A stretch of DNA of 32,000 bases. Source: Candidatus Electronema halotolerans (GTDB lineage: Bacteria > Desulfobacterota > Desulfobulbia > Desulfobulbales > Desulfobulbaceae). The notes beneath the pieces were generated by a model. The model was not told the DNA's origin and did no database searches. It saw only the letters and a list, made by a program, of their open reading frames with translations. Location: contig OW818675.1 in NCBI GenBank assembly GCA_942493095.1, forward strand, positions 240,001-272,000, in the 5' to 3' direction. Below are positions 28,031 to 32,000 of the stretch, one piece after another (positions within the stretch are counted from its first letter, which is position 1; each line of letters begins with the position of its first letter). Position numbers and translations under genes: made by a program.

Positions 28031-29824
28031 TCAGGGTGCCACCAGAAACTGCGTCAAAAAAATTGTTCCTGCCTGCCAAAGAGTAAAAATTTTTTTCTGC
28101 AGCAAGGCGACAGTGTCCTGCTCCTGCGTCTCTTTCCGCTGCTGCCGCTGCTCTTCTATCTTGAACCAGTTGCAAAGATATTTGCAGTAATCCTGGGCCC
28201 AATCCTCGCTTTCCGGCTTGTCCTGCGCTCCAAGGAGAAGCAGATCAGCCACAAATTGTCTCTCCATGCTTCCGGGCAACGCGCCAACTAACTGCTCCGG
28301 CTGAAATGGCCCTTGTTTCGCCAAATCCTGCATGGCGGCAAGCACTGTTTTCAGGAGCGGCGCACTGCGGGCAGCGTATTCAGTCAGCCCGCCCTGCATC
28401 AATTCCTTGAAAAATTCCGGGTAGAAGAGCAGGAATTCAAGCAGCTGCCGCTCCTTGGCTGACAAGCTGGGAACCTGTGGAGGATCGTCTGCCTCCGCAA
28501 ACGGCGGCGGAGAAGGCGGGGGAGCCTCCTGGACAGGCAAATTTTTTTGATCGAAAAACAGACTGGCGGACACGTCGAGCTTGCTGCTGAAATGCGCAGC
28601 CATCAGTTCCTGCTGGGCCGGGTCAGGCGACTGCTTGATCAGCTCTTGCAGTTCGCTCATGATGCGGCTTTTGCCAGTCAGGGTGAGGCCGTGCTCCTGC
28701 ACCAGCGCATTAAAGACAAACTCCGGCAGGGGCTGGGCCGCATCAAGCAGTTTGCGGAGAGCATCCGCGCCCTGTTCACGGACAAAGCTGTCCGGGTCAG
28801 TTTCTGAGGGCAGCAAGGCCGCTTTGGCCTCCAATTGCCCGGCAAGGAAGAGCGGCACTGCCCGCCGGGCCGCCTTCAGTCCAGCGGCATCGCCGTCAAA
28901 AAGGAGCACGGTTTCCTGACAATAGCTGCGCAGGGTGCGGATATGATCACGGGTCAGGGCTGTGCCAAGAGGAGCGACCGTGTTGGCAATGCCATGCACA
29001 GCCAGCAGAAGCAGGTCAAAATTGCCTTCCACCAGCACGGCCCGGCAGCTGCGGCGGATTTGCTCCCGGTGCTGCCAGAGGCCGAAAAGAATTTTGCTTT
29101 TGCTGAAAATCAGGCTTTCCGGCGAGTTCATGTATTTTGGCTGCCCCTCGCCGAGAATGCGCCCGCCAAAGGCAGCCACGCTGCCCCGCAAGTCGCTGAT
29201 CGGAAACATGATCCGGTCGCGGAAGCGGTCATAATGGCCGCCGCTTGGTCTGGCAACAATCAGTCCGGCCTGCTCCACAGCCGCAGCAGGAAACGTGCTC
29301 CGCAGCCGCACAGCAAGGAAGTCCCATTGCGGCGGCGCATAACCAATCTGATATTTTTCAATAAAATTCGGCGGCACACCGCGCTGCTGCAAATACTGTC
29401 TGGCCGCCTCGGCCTGCGGAGACTGGCGCAGGTGTTCATGAAAAAGCCGGGCCGCCTCGGTGTTGATCTGATAAAGCAGCTCCCGCCGTTGCCGCTGCTC
29501 CCGTTCCTGCGCATTCAGCTCAGGTTCAGGCAGACTGATCTGATACCGCTGGGCAAGACTGCGCAACGCTTCAGGAAAACTGAGATGTTGATATTGTGTC
29601 AGGAAAGAGAAGACATCGCCGCTTTCGCCGCAGCCAAAACATTTATATGTCTGCCACTGCGGATTGACGGAAAAAGAAGGGGTTTTCTCGTTATGAAACG
29701 GACAAAGCCCGGTGAAATGGGCACCGGCGCGCCGGAGCTGGACGTGCTCACCGATCACTTGGACAATATCCGCTGCTGCGCGCACCCGCTCTTTGGCCTC
29801 TTCCCAAGAATGGCTGTCTGCCAT
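28031..29824 (-). CDS. dnaG: DNA primase
   Basis: CPFHNEKTPSFSVNP zinc-binding motif, YKCFGCGESGDVFSFL, VLVEGNFDLLLLAVHGIANTVAPLGTALT. MADSHSWEEA at 29824 is preferred over the ORF-track start at 29866. Confidence 0.96.
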   Translation of the reverse strand: MADSHSWEEAKERVRAAADIVQVIGEHVQLRRAGAHFTGLCPFHNEKTPSFSVNPQWQTYKCFGCGESGDVFSFLTQYQHLSFPEALRSLAQRYQISLPEPELNAQEREQRQRRELLYQINTEAARLFHEHLRQSPQAEAARQYLQQRGVPPNFIEKYQIGYAPPQWDFLAVRLRSTFPAAAVEQAGLIVARPSGGHYDRFRDRIMFPISDLRGSVAAFGGRILGEGQPKYMNSPESLIFSKSKILFGLWQHREQIRRSCRAVLVEGNFDLLLLAVHGIANTVAPLGTALTRDHIRTLRSYCQETVLLFDGDAAGLKAARRAVPLFLAGQLEAKAALLPSETDPDSFVREQGADALRKLLDAAQPLPEFVFNALVQEHGLTLTGKSRIMSELQELIKQSPDPAQQELMAAHFSSKLDVSASLFFDQKNLPVQEAPPPSPPPFAEADDPPQVPSLSAKERQLLEFLLFYPEFFKELMQGGLTEYAARSAPLLKTVLAAMQDLAKQGPFQPEQLVGALPGSMERQFVADLLLLGAQDKPESEDWAQDYCKYLCNWFKIEEQRQQRKETQEQDTVALLQKKIFTLWQAGTIFLTQFLVAP

Positions 29825-30064
29825 AGCAAAAGTTTGAAAAATTTGAATCGGCCAAAAGTGGTACACTACAATTGGAAAAAACGCAATACGTTTTATTGGC
29901 GGCCAGGCTGTTTTTTTTCAGCTCTCTGCCAAGGCGGCAAGGGGCGGCGCAAACAGGAGTTACGTTGCAACACCTTGAAAACATAAATGTTGCTGCTCAG
30001 TGAGCAAGGCCAGAGAGCTGCGGCAAGCGAACTGCGGCAATTTTTGGCATGACATCTTGTTTGT

Positions 30065-30865
30065 TCATCCGCTTGAACGTTGACTTGCATCGGCAAAATT
30101 CCGCACACAGCCTGCGTCATTCAACTGCAAGATGATTTCCACACATCCATGTCTGACTTCAAGATAAGAAAGCAGCGTGTAAATAATTCCAACCACGCCA
30201 AGCATTTCAAGCAACTCTTCGCTGGTGTACAGGAGGCAGTAGATTGCAGAATCATAGCCGTGCAGCTCTGCTTCTCTGCCGCCAAGCATGTCAAAAACAA
30301 CAGCTCCGATTAAATAGACAGCACCAGAAAGCATGAACAGCCTTGCTGTTCGTGCAGGCAGACCAAGAACAAATTTGATGTGGAGCAGAACAAAAAGAAC
30401 TGTCAATAAAATGTAGGGAAGAACCCAAGGGAAATACAGTAAGCCAGTCGCGTGCATATAGCCTGACACAACATCTCCTGCTGCCTCATGCAGTTCAAAG
30501 GCCTCATCTGCTGACAAGAAGAGGAAGGTGAGAAAGAGGCCAAACCAATACATGCTGTTGCGGCTGTCTGTTTTTCGTTCCAAACCTGCCAGAAGAAAAG
30601 AGAGCAGAGAACAGATCAAAATGGCGGCGGCGGAATACAATGAAGGAATGTTTCTTTCGATATCTAAATCAAACCATAAAGTGAAATCGAGCACATTCGG
30701 ATTGTCAGAGTGGAAAAATAAAAAAAGAGCGAGGCAATGGAGCAGTGTCAACAGGATGACCGTCAGCAGAAAAAGGAAGGCGGTCTTTTTGGCCTTGATC
30801 GTTATCTGCACGATCTCTGTCAGTCTGCTGTCCCGCCCAACAAGAGCGCGGGACAGTCCTTGCAA
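30065..30865 (-). CDS. Multi-pass membrane protein of unknown function
   Basis: 266-aa ORF with several hydrophobic spans (AFLFLLTVILLTLLHCLALFLFF, AAAILICSLLSFLLAGL, PYILLTVLFVLLHI, LFMLSGAVYLIGAVVF). Confidence 0.7.
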   Translation of the reverse strand: MQGLSRALVGRDSRLTEIVQITIKAKKTAFLFLLTVILLTLLHCLALFLFFHSDNPNVLDFTLWFDLDIERNIPSLYSAAAILICSLLSFLLAGLERKTDSRNSMYWFGLFLTFLFLSADEAFELHEAAGDVVSGYMHATGLLYFPWVLPYILLTVLFVLLHIKFVLGLPARTARLFMLSGAVYLIGAVVFDMLGGREAELHGYDSAIYCLLYTSEELLEMLGVVGIIYTLLSYLEVRHGCVEIILQLNDAGCVRNFADASQRSSG

Positions 30866-30872
30866 AAAGGCT

Positions 30873-31454
30873 TCACTTTCTGCCTTTTGAGCCTTTCTCT
30901 TTCTTAGAACCCTTTTTCCACTTTGACCCTTTCTTCTTCGAGCCTTTGTTCCAATCTCCCCTCTCTCTCCAGCTTAGAGCATAGTGCCAGATAACAGCAG
31001 GAACATCTTGCCGCAGCACAATAAACCGTTTTGAGCCGGGTTTAATGCCCAAGGACAGAACAACAGCTCCCCAGCCTTTTCCTTTGTGCTGCCTGAAATG
31101 ATGAATGATTTTTTGGTACGGCTTTCCGCTCAGTCTGACAATCTGAAAGACCATGAAGATATCTGCTGGCTGCATTCTCTCCTTGGCAAACAGCAGGATG
31201 ACCTTTTCTCTGGGAACATGGAACGCCGTGCTGATATCGCCAATATATTGCTCAACGCTTCCCGCAGCGGTTCTGTTGACTTCAATCAAAAAACTGTCAA
31301 AGTCCCGGTCGCCGGTATGAGGCAGATATTGAGGATTGAGCTGGAATATCATGCCGCTGGCCGCTGGCGGCTGCTGGCGGGGAAAATCTTTTCCTTGGAC
31401 GGAATATGCGCCCAAAAGACTGATCAGCAGAATGCTGACAGCAATTTTTTTCAT
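30873..31454 (-). CDS. Secreted/periplasmic hypothetical protein with Lys/Gly/Ser-rich C-terminal repeats
   Basis: Signal peptide MKKIAVSILLISLLGAYSVQG. Tail NKGSKKKGSKWKKGSKKEKGSKGRK. It lies 7 bp from the next gene. Confidence 0.7.
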   Translation of the reverse strand: MKKIAVSILLISLLGAYSVQGKDFPRQQPPAASGMIFQLNPQYLPHTGDRDFDSFLIEVNRTAAGSVEQYIGDISTAFHVPREKVILLFAKERMQPADIFMVFQIVRLSGKPYQKIIHHFRQHKGKGWGAVVLSLGIKPGSKRFIVLRQDVPAVIWHYALSWRERGDWNKGSKKKGSKWKKGSKKEKGSKGRK

Positions 31455-31733
31455 CTGTAGGCCTCCTTTTGCTTGCTTGAAAATGCACGTTGTTCACAGA
31501 ACTTATCTGTCTGACAGCAAGCTGTCAACAGCAATTTTTTCTTTCACGCCATCCAAGAAAGGATGCCGACAGACTTGCCCTGTCCTGCCTTGGAAAAAAA
31601 AGCACACTGCCTTGGAAAAACATCATTTTTTCATCTTTCTTTCATCTTGCACCGGGTAAGCTGGAAATGTAAGGAGACGGCGCAGGCATTGATCCTGCCC
31701 GAAAAACAGCAGTCTGAACAGGAGGGACTGGTC

Positions 31734-31973
31734 ATGAAAACAAAAATATTCGCAGGACTGATCAGCAGTGTTTTGCTGGCCTGTCTGTGGCTGGAGCGGT
31801 CAGCGATTGCAACTGCGGCAGGTTGTGCAGAGGCGCCTGCTGCTCCCCCCGCAGCGCAGCAGGCGGACGCAGTTCTGCGCATCATGAGCAGCACGAACAG
31901 TTCCGCGTTGGAAGATGAGGTGCCGGTTCTCCTGCTCAACTTGAGCTTGGACAAGGAGCTGCCGGGAAAATGA
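31734..31973 (+). CDS. Small secreted hypothetical protein (79 aa)
   Basis: MKTKIFAGLISSVLLACLWLERSAIATAAGCAEAPAAPP... preceded by AGGAGG at suitable spacing. The longer ORF-track start at 31563 has no support. Confidence 0.6.
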   Translation: MKTKIFAGLISSVLLACLWLERSAIATAAGCAEAPAAPPAAQQADAVLRIMSSTNSSALEDEVPVLLLNLSLDKELPGK

Positions 31974-32000
31974 CTCGGCAAGCAAAAAAAAGATTATCTT

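Overview
This window is a bacterial chromosomal segment. It is probably deltaproteobacterial/Desulfobulbaceae-like, an inference from gene content and style only. Most of it is ordinary: trpA, a UbiA/MqnP-type prenyltransferase, a homocysteine methyltransferase/MTHFR fusion, metK, ahcY, a VanZ-like gene, pgsA, a FecR + CHASE2/adenylate-cyclase pair, a PAP2 phosphatase, tRNA-Arg(CCG), argF, a sigma-54 response regulator, dprA, rpoD and dnaG. The accessory regions of interest are: (1) about 3.7-10.6 kb, between the metH/metF-like gene and metK-ahcY. This block carries an EgtD-like histidine methyltransferase, a betaine/ergothioneine-type ABC transporter with a fused binding domain and permease, a decayed duplicate of the MTHFR 3' end, and a compact AT-richer operon (methyltransferase, VOC protein, signal-peptide-less DctP-like solute-binding protein, methyltransferase). 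It is the best candidate for an undescribed SAM-dependent pathway. (2) About 13.8-16.9 kb, with paired hairpin-bearing repeat elements flanking a 23-bp tandem repeat, next to a radical SAM/SPASM protein with small candidate ORFs around it. All family assignments are from memory of motifs and have not been tested by any search.
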